Assembly: GCA_951406725.2 (NCBI GenBank)
Contig: OX597822.1
Coordinates: forward strand, 9,176,001-9,240,000
DNA length: 64,000 bases
Reading direction: 5' to 3'
Origin: Octopus vulgaris
Taxonomy: Eukaryota
Positions 26,699 to 39,299 of the stretch are shown one piece after another; within the stretch, counting starts at the first letter, position 1; every line of letters starts with the position of its first letter. Under the pieces are notes generated by a model that saw only the letters and a list, made by a program, of their open reading frames with translations, was not told where the DNA came from and ran no database searches. The position numbers and the translations under genes were made by a program.

Positions 26699-27150
26699 AT
26701 CTTTTACTTGTTTCAGTCATTAGACTGCAGCCATGCTAAGGCACCGTCTTGAGGAATTTTAGTCGAAAGAATCGACTCCAGTATATATTTTCCTACTTCA
26801 TTTTTTTTTTTTTTTGGTAAAGCAGCTATGATACGGAGATGTAAACACACCAACACCGGTTGTCAAAAGGTGGTGAAGAACAAATACATACACAAAGAGA
26901 GAGACAGACAGACAGACAGAACAGACAGACAGACAGACAGAACAGACAGACAGACATACACACACACACACACATATATATATATAAAGACAGGCTTCTT
27001 TCAGTTTCCGTCTACCAAATCCGCTCACAAGACTTTGGTCAGTCCGAGGCTATATTAGAAGACACTTGCCCAGTGTGCCACACAATGGGTTCAGAACCCA
27101 GAACTACGTGGAAGCGAAGCAAATTTCTTACTATACAGCCACGCCTGCGG
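26699..27150 (-). mobile_element. SINE family A copy (diverged)
   Basis: Aligns by eye to 6285-6719. Confidence 0.8.
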
Positions 27151-28034
27151 CATGCATGTATGTTTGTGCATATATATCTAGCGAGAACGCACGTTAGAGA
27201 TGTAAGCCTAAACAGATATACATACCTACACAGACTGGTCTATATACATACAGACACCCAAACTGCGGAACATTCTCAACCTACTGGAAGGCTCGGAATT
27301 CCTATTCAAACAAAGAGAGGGGTTCACAAGTAAAACCAACTACACTAGTGCTTCCGAGAATCAAATTTATGTTATAACTTGCTCAGGTTGGGGACATAAC
27401 TATATAGGACGGACAAGTATGACAGTGAGACGGAGAATAACACTACATTAGGCTCAGATTCGGCTTCCGCAATAAAGACAAGTTCCTTTGAGCGAACACA
27501 TAGAGAGATATGCAGGTATGATTCAACCAAACTTTATAGTTTCCCCATTTCCAGTGCAAAGAAACAAATTTCTAAATAGGAACGTTTAAATAAGGAAAAT
27601 TTGTTCATCAAAAAATACAGAACAAGTTTAAATATTAACACATAACCAACTTTGATCTCAGTATATTTTGATTCTTGATCACATACCCACCACTGTACTT
27701 ATTTCTTGTCACTACTTTAGCTTTTGAATTTTTGTGCATATTTATCCCCTCCCCGAAAGAAGAAAAATTACTTCCTCTGCCCCCAATAATTAAGATCACC
27801 AATTACCTATCCTTAGATTTTTCTAGTTATTCAATCACTTATTCATCAACTTCTCTACCTACAGCATGGACTAAAATGTTCTTAATTCGAAATTACAGTA
27901 ATTTCAATGTCATAATTAGCGAAAGCGAAACCGGTCGACAAAGACGAGATAAGATATATTTTTAAATATATTATAACTACGTAAAGTGTGTGCATTTTCC
28001 TTCTTTATTTTATATATATATATATATATATACT

Positions 28035-28065
<31 letters not shown>

Positions 28066-28068
<3 letters not shown>

Positions 28069-28248
28069 TCTTTTATTCTTTTACTTGTTTCAGTCAGTTG
28101 ACTGAGCACTTTCTTTACTTGAACAAAACGACCCGAAACTTGTTCTTTGTAAGCCTAGTACTTATTCTATCGGCTCCTTTTGTTGAACTCCCAAATTACG
28201 GGGACATAAACACACCAACACCAGTTGTCAAGTGATGGTGGGGGACAA

Positions 28249-28327
<79 letters not shown>

Positions 28328-28765
28328 CGACAGCCTTTCAGTTTCCATCTCCGAAATCCACTTACAAGCCTTTGGTCGGCCCGAGTCTATAGTAGAAGAC
28401 AGTTGCTCAAGGTACCATGTACTGGGACTGAACCCGGAACCATGTGGTTCGGAAACAGGTTTCTTACCACACAGCCACTAATATATATACACTCACACAC
28501 ACGCACACACACACACATAAACATACATATATATGTATGTGTGAGTATATTCTTTTATTCTTTTGCTTGTTTCAGTCATTTGACTGTGGCCATGCTGCAG
28601 CAGCGCCTTAATGGCTTTTTAGCCGAAGAAATCGACCCCAGGACTCATTCTGTATATGCCTAGTACTTAGTCTATCGGTCTTTTCACCGAACCACTAAGT
28701 TACGGGACAATAATCACACCAGCAATCGGTAGCCAAGCGATAGCGAGAGGACAAAAACAGACACT
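28066..28765 (-). mobile_element. Two adjacent SINE family A copies (28066-28478; partial 28550-28765)
   Basis: Align by eye to 6285-6719. Confidence 0.75.
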
Positions 28766-29658
28766 CATATAAGGTATGCATGTATGTCTGTATGTATGTA
28801 CTACGTAAGTACGTAAGCCTGCCGTCTGTAGACAATAGAACGGAAAACATATAATAGGAAACTGCTATAAGATATATTCCGTTTGGAGTGAGAATCGGTG
28901 CATTTGGGCAAAAATTCTCTTCACTCTGAATTATCTCCCTTTATATTTATAACTACTTTTCTCATCCTACATTACGAGTAACAGGAGTTCAATACCAGAT
29001 GATGAAGTTTGATAATCGCTTAAAGACTATTGAAAGGCGGTGTTCCTGCATGGCTGCAGTCATGTGACCACCAATTAATTGAAAAAATGAAATCAATGAG
29101 GCAGTTTGTCGCGTTTAACCGGCCCCATATGAGATAAGACTTGCAAGCGTAGAATCAAAGTGCCACGCAGTTCTGAATTCCACGTAACCCGATCCCTGAT
29201 ATAATGTAATATTTGAATCACACGTGATCCATATCAATTAGGTGGCATGGATTATGTAAGGATTGGTGGTACACCGTGTTCCATTAATGCGATGGGTTTG
29301 AGTTGAATGACTGTTGCGTTTGGGATAAAGGTTTACTCTGGTTTGCTTCAAGAATCTCTTGTATTATGAGAAGTAAACAAGACGACCTTATATGGTCTCT
29401 TGGATAAGGGTCCAAAATCCTCCCAAATGAAATCAAACCATGTGGAAAAGAGGAATGAACATTTTGAATTATCCGATATCCGCTACTATATAAACTGCTT
29501 ATACAAGAGAAAATATGATGGTGTCCCAACTCTAATGCATTTCGTTGGCTTGTTTGAGGAAGACAAAAACAACAACTTTATTACAAATTTCACCAACATC
29601 AACGTAGGACCACATTCAGTGATTTAATCATAACTAAGTTCAATGACAAGTTTAAGTC

Positions 29659-30535
29659 TACCTATTTCTTTACTACCCACAAGGGGCTAAACACAGAGAG
29701 GACAGACAAACGGATTAAGTCGATTATATCGACCCCAGTACGTAACTGGTACTTATTTAATCGTCCTCGAAAGGATGAAAGGCAAAGTCGGCCTCGGCGA
29801 ACTCAGAACGTAGCGGCAGAGGAAATACCTATTTCTTTACTACCCACAAGGGGCTAAACACAGAGAGGACAAACAAGGACAGACAAACGGATTAAGTCGA
29901 TTATATCGACCCCAGTACGTAACTGGTACTTATTTAATCGACCCCGAAAGGATGAAAGGCAAAGTCGACCTCGGCGGAATTCGAACTCAGAACGTAGCGG
30001 CAGACGAAATACCTATTTCTTTACTACTCACAAGGGGCTAAACACAGAGAGGACAAACAAGGACAGACAAACGGATTAAGTCGATTATATAGACTCCAGT
30101 GCGTAACTGGTACTTATTTAATTGACCCCGAAAGGATGAAAGGCAAAGTCGACCTCGGCGGAATTCGAACTCAGAACGTAGCGGCAGGCGAAATACCTAT
30201 TTCTTTACTACCCACAAGGGGCTAAACACAGAGAGGACAAACAAAGACAGACAAACGGATTAAGTCGATTACATCGACCCCAATGCGTAACTGGTACTTA
30301 ATATATCGACCCCGAAAGGATGAAAGGCAAAGTCGACCTCGGCGGAATTTGAACCCAGAACGTTAAAAGTATGAAAGTCAAAGTCGACCACGGCGGAATT
30401 TGAACTCAGAACGTAACGGCAGACGAAATACGGCTACGCATTACGTGCGGCGTGCTAACGATTCTGCCAGGTCGCCGCCTTACGTAACGGCAGACGAAAT
30501 ACCGTTAAGCATTTCGCCCGGCGTGCTAACGATTT
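29659..30535 (-). repeat. Head-to-tail tandem array of SINE family B (about 184-bp unit, 4 units plus partial duplications)
   Basis: TACCTATTTCTTTACTAC recurs at 29659, 29826, 30010 and 30194. A tRNA-like head occurs only at the right end (about 30400-30481, partly duplicated to 30535). Confidence 0.9.
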
Positions 30536-30942
30536 TGTCAAAACAAGCTTAAGTTTACCGCCATGCAAAGAAGTGTTGTATCATTGAAAGTCTTCTTGCA
30601 ACGTTAATTTCAATACTTCCCATGTTATACACAAAAGAAAACCACATCAAAACTATATGAGAGACAAAATTTTAGTGTTATCCATACAGTTCAGATAAGT
30701 ACATCGAATATCATAAAGTTTCCAATTATTTTAAATAGAAAATATAACGTGAAGGTATTGGTCTTCACTAAACATGATCAGATAAAATATGTTGAGAATG
30801 CACAGTATTAACTCTATAGTAGAACCGAAGTTTGTAGACTTTCTTCACACTGGTGTAGTACTTCTTAGGAATACAATTCTGTTGTGACACATTGTGTTTT
30901 GTTAACACTACATATTGTTGATTGTCAACGTTATTTTCAAGA

Positions 30943-31017
<75 letters not shown>

Positions 31018-31799
31018 AAGCTTATCCGTTTTAAAAACACATGAAATTGATGAAATTAAAAATGAAATATGATATCACGTTACATATCGCGTGTGTTGAT
31101 AACACAGAGTCGTCGGAACTCAAATACACTTCTCAGCCGAATATTCGGAAACATATATTAGATTCTACTTATTTTCGTAACACAGTTAAAATTATCGGTG
31201 ACGCACTTAAGTGTCATGGCACGCCGATTGGAATCCTCTATAGTTGCGATAGAACATACTTCAAGTTTCCAATTTAATGAGAAACTATCATGTAGATGAA
31301 TATAAATGAATACATGTATGAGTAAGTATATATGTATGCATATATGTCTATATAATACATATGTATAATATATGTATGGAAGCTTTACTGTGCAGCAGAA
31401 TAAATTTGCAGGCGTTATCAACACTTTATATAATGAAAAAAAACGCAAAAAAACTACCTTGATTTTTACGTACAATATCTTAACAGGCAGTAAAAGATGG
31501 ATCACTTGAAGTAGTTTCAGTCCTATGCTGAGATTTCACCAGCAGCTGAGTACACTTTGTAAATGTCGACGGAGTCCGCTGTTATTAAGGGCTAATATAA
31601 ATCGTATAGACGGATATACATGCATAACATACTCTTCGAAATTAGTTTGATTACTATATGACTAATGTATTAGTAAGTGTTTTGTTTCAAAGCTAGCCCC
31701 TACCATTAAATCTAAGTATTTTGTGAACATATTCTAGTGAACGGATATGAATATATTATAGGCAGAAGTAATCAACCAGACTAGTTTCAGACCGATCCT

Positions 31800-32870
31800 C
31801 TTCTTTAACTGAACACGGACACATTTCTTACAAAATCACAGAAATTTGGTGAAAGCAATGTTGTTTTTTCTAAATATCAATAAGGCTTTCACCCAGCGAT
31901 CTCATGGGAATCTCCGGTCCAAAGATACATTTCTCATCACTTGGATCAATTAATTTCCTTTCAGATCCTGATAATGTGGTCTATACAAACAGATCTCTCA
32001 CTTTCCCGAATTTTATCAATCCTAATTTTCTTTTGGTCTTAGATTTGTACTACACCAAAGATCTGCTAACGATCACGTCCAGCATACTCTTGCTCGACGT
32101 CACGTCGTCATTGTTCCCTAAAACCTTTCTAGCCAAGTGTTACCAACACGTGATACTTTGCTCCAAAGTTTCACTGGCTCCATGAAGAGAAACGCCAAAA
32201 AATATACCCCAATGGGACCATGACAATTTTGTATTCCTCAATGACCAAAAACTCAACTGCTGCTTATATCAATTAAGCATCATCATACCTAACATTTTTA
32301 ACGTAAGCACCATTCATCTAGAGCCCTAGCAACTGATCCATATACTAGGCCTAACAATCATTGATGGTCTATCTTTTAAGGCGACTGAGGAACCTTAGCA
32401 TAGCTAGAACTATATAGCAAATACTGGCTCTTCTCTTCAGAGCCAGAAAATACATCATCCTCAACTATTACTAATACTTTGCAAAGGACAGGCAAAATCC
32501 ACAATTGAATATGGCTCCCATACCAAGTAGGATGAATATCCTATACCGCATCCAGAGAAAGACCGTTTGATCAATTGGTATAAAGTCACTCGCAGTCTTG
32601 CTCCGATCTCTATCATCCATACATGCTATCTTACTCGCTCTATTTTCTACTGCCATTACAATGGATTTTGTTTCTCAAAGCTAGCTGCTTTCATAACAGT
32701 TCCGCGCAAATACTCTCGACTCATGAACTTTTCTGCTCCGTATATCCAGCACCACATGCTTGCACTAACTATGATGTATATTCCTTCCTCGTCCGAACGT
32801 TGCCTCCCCGTTGATAGTTTCTCCTTGCTCGTCTTTCCTGACTTCCTCGAACTGTAATAAGTTAAGCAGA
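31800..32870 (+). pseudogene. Heavily decayed LINE RT/3' region (CR1/L2/Jockey-group-like)
   Basis: Residual motifs FLNINKAF (cf. LDISKAFD), ILGLTI (cf. YLG), FYCHYNGFCFSKLA, and SFLVRT (cf. FFPRT). Many stops. Confidence 0.55.
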
Positions 32871-33594
32871 ATATAAAAACCATCAACATTAACGGTTACA
32901 GAGTGTCTGTTATGTCCATGAGCATTTGCCCTTCGTTCAGACCCAACAAATATATATGCATGTTTGTGTGCTTGTGTTAGCACGTGTGTTTGCAAGTGTG
33001 TGCTACTGTGTGTATGTGTGTGTGCGTGGTGGGTTGTACTTCAAACATGAAAGTAAAACTCGAAAGTTTCAGACTTTAATTTCAGACTTTAATTGTTACA
33101 TGAGACACGCAATTATGACACTTTCTTGTTGCTTTCCCATACGACTACAACAAAGAGCGTTCATTATTAATTATAATACATGAAATGTAATTAGACAGAA
33201 CATTAGTTGATAACTCTACGTATAGAATATATTATATTTAGATAAAAATTACACATAATGCTTTATAATTTCACAATAAGGATGAGTTTATACAGAATTC
33301 CACAAAAAAACTAGTACATCGGTTTGTTGCACAGATACATCACATGTAAAATATATTATGAAATTTTCCAGGGCGTATATCAGTATATGCTTTTTCAATC
33401 TGGTATCGATTTTATCAGATGCAACAGTATTCCTATGAGGCTCTGCAACCAACAGCAAATCACGCGAATAACATGCGATTACTGACAGCACTTCGTTCTG
33501 ACGATGGAATTGTGAATGTATAGAAACTTTAATGGACCAATGGATTTAGGAATGCTATTGTTCCAAATGAAACGTGATGAGCCAATAAGTAAAT

Positions 33595-34032
33595 GTTGGT
33601 CTCAAACTTTGGCACAAGGCTAGAAGTTTTGGGGTTGGGGCTAAAAAGATTAAATCGACCCCAGTGCTCAGATGCTATTTATCTTATCAATGCCGCAACG
33701 ATGAAAGGTAAAGTCGACCCCGGTGGCATTTGGACCCATAGCATGATGTCGGAAGAAATGCCGCTAAGCATTTTGCCTAGCGTGCTAACGATTCTGCTAG
33801 CCCACCGCTTTAAACCAATATGAAAATATTGATTTCAAATTTTGGCACAAGGCCAAAAATTTCGGAGGCGTTAAGTCGATTACATCGACTCCAGTGCTGG
33901 ACTGGCACTTATCACATCGACCCCGAAAGGAGAAAGGCGCTGTCGACCTCGGTAGAACTTGAACTCAGAGCGTAAAGACGGATGAAATGCTACCAAAGTA
34001 TTGTCGCCGACGTGCTACCACTCGCCGCCTTA
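33595..34032 (-). mobile_element. Two diverged SINE family B-related copies in tandem
   Basis: Both contain the GATGAAAGG.AAAGTCGACC body and the TGCTAACGATTCTGC head region. Confidence 0.7.
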
Positions 34033-34777
34033 AGCCAATAATTAAACATAAAACAAAAATATCTTAATAAAATGAAGATCAAACTTAAACGTAGTTCTGT
34101 GACTTTAATATCAGTTGAATAGAAGAAGAGTTATTCCTTATGTATTTAAATATTTTTTCTTTTTTGTCGCAATTTCTAGGTAAACGTTGTAAACATCTGC
34201 AACAATACTGAAAGTCCGGCGATTCTCGACTGAAGTCGTCAGCGATATTTGACCTGCGCCAAGTTACGAACACTCCTCTGCCATTGTCACCATCGCACAT
34301 TCAGTGAACCAGTGACTGGACGATTGTAACTGTGTTACTAACGACGTTATTGTTCACCAGGTGCTAGCCGCATCAACGGAAAAATCAATAAGTCGTTTTA
34401 ATATGTAGTGATACGGAAAGCAGAACGTTGTGTTGAGATGCGAAGTTAGTATTTACTAATAGTTGCGTGGCCTTGTGGATGTACACAGATCTATGTGCGT
34501 GTGTGCCCGAGTTTGCGTCTTTATGCGTGGTTTTTCCATGCATATTCTACACAAGAGTATATACATATCTAAGGTTTAATATTTGTATAATTATATAAGT
34601 TTATAATTGCATCAGGGTTTATTAATTTTAATAACGCTTTGACTGACATTTGCGATAGTGTTTTATTTATGTCATTTTACGTTGCAGTTTCGAATTATGC
34701 CGCAGTTTGCCTTTCACCCTTCCAGGATCGCAGGATCGATGGAAAAAATACCAATCAATTACTGGTATTAAATAAGA

Positions 34778-34992
34778 CGGTGACCTGGCAGAAACGTTAA
34801 CACGCATTTCATCTGCCGTTACGTTGTGAGTTCAAATTCCGTCGAGGTCGACTTTGCCTTTCATCCTTTCGGGGTCGATAAATTAAGTACCAGCTACGCA
34901 CTGGGGTCGATGTAATCGACTTAATACCTATGTCTGTCCTTGTTTGTCCCCTCTGTGTTTAGCCCCTTGTGGGTAATAAAGAAATAGGTATT
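34778..34992 (+). mobile_element. SINE family B copy
   Basis: Aligns by eye to 7042-7272. Confidence 0.85.
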
Positions 34993-35767
34993 AAATTAAT
35001 TTATTGTCTTTTCACTACAAAATATGTAGACACGTGTGTACATTAGCGCTACTACGATTTACAGTGGTGCTTGTGATGCGTTCGGTTTCAATTCATTACG
35101 GTCCATTTTATTAAAATTTTTCCTCCACACCTTATCTTTATCGTAGTTGAAACCTCACCCAAGCCATATCTTTATCGCATTCTCCAGAACGTAGCACAAA
35201 TGAAACCGAAGACTTCACTTGTTTATTGCTATTTTTATTATTCTATCGGGTCACTAAAGACCTGATTTCAGGCTGCCTAGCTTTGTCTGTACTACATTTA
35301 TAGGATTAACTATGTTAATTTTCCTAGAGGCCTCATTTTTGATTGCAGTAAATATGGCAATGAGACTGGTAGTGAAAGTCAAAGCTGTATAGTTTTTAGT
35401 ACCATAATGTGAGAAAAACATCGTGAGAGATGGAAACCGTCTTCTTTAACATGTATTTTCTTCAAAGGTGAAGATATTTATGATAGATATTGATGCAGCA
35501 ACCACAAGCCAGATCATAAAATGATAACTAATTCAATCATCTATTTTGATGACTTATCGGTTGAGAATTGACTATAAACAGTAAAACAAAAGGGAATTGA
35601 ACTGGATACAATATTTGATTTTATTGTCTTAACTTGTTTTTAATGCTGAATTCATTCGGCCACTGCCCACGAGCTGAGCGTGGTGTATAAAAGCGCTGTT
35701 AATGCAATCTAGTTACCTACAAGTTCTGAGTTCAATTCCAACCTAGGCATTAATGTGAATCACAAGA

Positions 35768-35809
35768 CACCTGAAGAAGGCTGGAATGTACAACAGCCGA
35801 AATATAGTG
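35768..35809 (+). ncRNA. Minimal type I hammerhead-like motif with intact core
   Basis: CAC-CUGAAGA-A-GGCUG-gaauguacaa-CAGCC-GAAA-UA-UA-GUG. Confidence 0.65.
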
Positions 35810-36326
35810 AAAGCGGCAATGTCTGACAAATATATCGAACAATGAATAGAAAACTTTAATCAAAAAAGCTGCTAGTAAATCTGGGTGTAGAATACGTAAC
35901 TGCTGCGGTAGCTCTGCATTACAGCTAAACTTAAAGTTAATCAATCGTGTTTTCCATGTTAAGATTTATATTGAACATTTATATTGCTGTGTATAAGATA
36001 AAGCACGGGTACCTCCGCCTTGTTGAGGACTATACTTTACATTTGCAGTGGTTAATATCATGAGGTATAGTGTAACGGTCTAAACATATTCTACTCTCTT
36101 CACTGCCTAAACCCCAATCATAATATTTAGTTTAACATAACTGTCTATGGGGTGTATGCATAAAGAGTCAACTTTGCTTGTCAAACTTAACCTATCATCC
36201 GATCTAACTTGTGGGTTTAGATTTCTATAAAGAAATCTCATCTGTTAAAATTATTCAGATGGCTAGAAACAGGCGGCTGTGATATCTCTTTACCGTATAT
36301 ATATATATATACGTACATAAATACAT

Positions 36327-36373
<47 letters not shown>

Positions 36374-36377
<4 letters not shown>

Positions 36378-36766
36378 AAAATAGTAAAGTGTGAAAAAAC
36401 GACAGAAGGCTTAAATGTTAAAAAATATATATATTTGTGTCAAAATGTCTGGAGAATATTGGAAAAATTTTTTTTTTTTCCCTTTCTTTAAAATGACATA
36501 ATTTTAAAATTTTTAAAGAAATTACCGGTTTCGCGTGTAGCTTTTCAAATTTCTTGTGAAAAGCTACACGCGAAACCGGTAATTTCTTTAAAAAATTTTA
36601 AATTATGTCATTTTAAGAAAGGGAAAAAAAAAAAAAAATTTTTCCAATATTCTCCAGACATTTTGACACAAATATATATATTTTTTAACATTTAAGCCTT
36701 CTGTCGTTTTTTCACACTTTACTATTTTCTTATATATTCACCCACGTGCTTTACCAAACAAACTTT

Positions 36767-36770
<4 letters not shown>
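36374..36770. mobile_element. (TA)n-flanked fold-back element (about 175-bp near-perfect arms plus short tail) containing a hammerhead
   Basis: 36374-36547 is the reverse complement of 36557-36731 except for homopolymer lengths. Confidence 0.85.
36516..36555 (-). ncRNA. Minimal type I hammerhead with U3-A8 compensatory core
   Basis: Minus strand AAGAAAU-UUGAAAA-GC-uacac-GC-GAAA-CCGG-UA-AUUUCUU: 7-bp stem I, palindromic CCGG loop III. Confidence 0.7.
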
Positions 36771-36816
<46 letters not shown>

Positions 36817-36832
36817 ATATGCATTTATGTAC

Positions 36833-36868
<36 letters not shown>

Positions 36869-37799
36869 TAATAATACTAAAACTCTAGAAGATGATTGTT
36901 CCCGAAATATCGCAATTTTATATATATATATTTTCATACTTACTCATACAATACAATGCAGTATGAGGAGAATATAAAGAAGAGGGGAGTGGGAAGAGGT
37001 GATTATTAAGTAAAACTATTTGAAACATTTAGGCCGTATTTGTGCTCATTCTGACAGACGATCACACGTAAGCTGGAGATGGGGCGAAGAGGGAGGAGGG
37101 AGTGTTGATGGCGGGTCATGATGGTGGAGGTGGTGGTAGTAGGAGTCTTGATAGAAATAGTGGTGGTGGTGGTGGTGGTGGTGGAAGAGATTGTGGTAGT
37201 GATTATTGAACACAAAATTTTTATTTATATATTTAATTGATTACTATTGTTCGGATAGTTCCATTAAATAAGTCCAGAAGTTAGGTCACATATATATAAA
37301 TGCATAAGTACCAAGAATTCCCATTCTACAAACTGGTAAACAGTTCCGTGAATACTTTACCGGGCAACGCTGGGTAGCAAGTCTAGTGAATTTTGAAAAA
37401 TTATAACATACAATGATGAGGCACGTGTTATTTGTCTCTGAATTATATGTTAGTTGTTAAGGCACGGTTACTGATGACAATCCACCAAGCAAATTTTTTT
37501 ATTTGCTAAAGACATTTGAAACCTAAGTATAACCGCAAAAAATAACAAAGTAAAAGTTTTTATTTTTCATTCCCTTCGAAAATTGTAATTAAATGTGGTT
37601 TTGATCGTTTGATTGCTTCTCCTAGCGTGTAAAAATTACCCGTTAAAAGTAGTTTTGTGTTAAAATGTACACATGTACACTATTATATATATATATATAT
37701 ACATACATATAAAGCCTCAATCAAATTTGCAGTATATTTGTCTTGAATTGAACATATACATACATGTGTGTATGAATATATATATATATCGGTCATTCA

Positions 37800-38001
37800 A
37801 AATGTGACCTCGTGTGTACCGTTGGCGATTTTTTTCCTCTGTCTTCCCTTCTCTGGATCTTTCCTCCTCCTATGTTTCCGACGAAGAGCTCCGCTCTAAA
37901 CGTTAAATCCTCCTTTTTTCCTTCTTTCCTGAGCGTCCAATAATACTATATTTGTTCCACGTCCACGCGTTGTTGTGTTTTTTGTGCTTTCTTGTTTGGA
38001 T

Positions 38002-38006
<5 letters not shown>
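37800..38006 (+). mobile_element. Short (TA)n-associated interspersed repeat carrying a degenerate hammerhead-like motif (Penelope pLTR-like)
   Basis: An inverted second copy lies at 63297-63505. Motif GUUU-CCGACGA-A-GAGC-ucc-GCUC-uAAA-CG-UU-AAAU at 37874-37908. Confidence 0.65.
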
Positions 38007-38041
<35 letters not shown>

Positions 38042-38042
<1 letters not shown>

Positions 38043-38495
38043 CAATATCTATAAAGCTGAAATGCGAAAAAGTTATTTGATTTCTTGGTTATTTGTCTCA
38101 TATGGGGATGGAAACAGGTAGATGGGGTCGGATTGGGGCCAAAATATACAGTGGAGGTAAAATAGGGTGGGCAATGGTGTGAGGAGGGTTGCAAGTCGCT
38201 CGGGGCTACCGTTTCGTGGCCATGGTGAGAAATGTTGGAAATATTGAGTTTTATTGGATAGACAGCTTGCGCTGTTTGAATAATTGTGGCTTTTCGTGTT
38301 GTTACAGAAGCTAAAGGCGGTTATCTATAATTGTGGGTGTAAAAATTTGGGGAATTTTTGAAAGGGGGCGTAAAGATGAGAGCAATAAAAAGTACCAGGC
38401 AAAGATGACGAACAAACGAAGAATGGGAAAATAGACTACACGCAGAAAACAACACCACCACCAAAATCCGAGCGAAGCACGGGTCAACATACCTA

Positions 38496-38496
<1 letters not shown>
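38042..38496 (+). mobile_element. Non-autonomous Helitron (second family) inserted in (TA)n
   Basis: A|TC start (TCAATATCTATAAAGCTG), subterminal hairpin CCGAGCGAAGCACGG, CTAG|T end. Confidence 0.7.
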
Positions 38497-38587
<91 letters not shown>

Positions 38588-38589
<2 letters not shown>

Positions 38590-39248
38590 AAAGACTTCCA
38601 AATAAGGAAGCGTAGTACTAGAAACACAAAAAGGGATAAATTCATGAAAGGAATGAAGATTAAAAACATTTACCATCCCAGCTATATCCCAGACCGAACG
38701 GTTTCTACCTATTCTTTTAGCAAACACACTGAATATATTCGCCAGGCCAGGTTCTTCAGTGGGAAGCCTTCGTAATCCTAGACGCACAGACTGTTAGAAG
38801 CACATGTAGATCTAACGGTTTGTATATCCTAACTTTTCAAACCTCTGCGCAGACGCAAACCATACCCGCCGAACAGAGATGGGGCCGGTAAAAGATTAAC
38901 GAACAAATTTATCAAGCAATATTTAAACATAATCAAATAAAAGGCTTCCAAATAAGGAAGCGTAGTGCTGGCAAATATATTCTGTGTGTTTGCTAAAAAT
39001 AGGTAGAAACCGTTCGGTCTGGGATATAGCTGAGATGGTAAATGTTTTTAATCTTCATTCCTTTCATGAATTTATCCCTTTTTTGTGTTTCTAGCACTAC
39101 GATTCCTTATTTGGAAGCCTTTATATTTCTATACGAAAAATATATAGTCTAATGACTAATTCGTCTTTTGTGCTAGGCCACCACTGGTAATAATAATCTA
39201 TGTTATTACCCTATTTGATTATGTTTAAATATTGCTTGATAAACTGCT
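38588..39248. mobile_element. (TA)n-flanked complex fold-back element with nested direct and inverted duplications
   Basis: 38590-38745 is inverted at 38969-39122; 38590-38620 is repeated directly at 38940-38969; 38908-38939 is inverted at 39213-39243. Confidence 0.75.

Positions 39249-39293
<45 letters not shown>

Positions 39294-39299
<6 letters not shown>

Noticed and set aside
29659-30400. Regular repeat array resembling CRISPR
   Set aside because: Whole units are near-identical SINE bodies with no unique spacers or cas genes; eukaryotic context.
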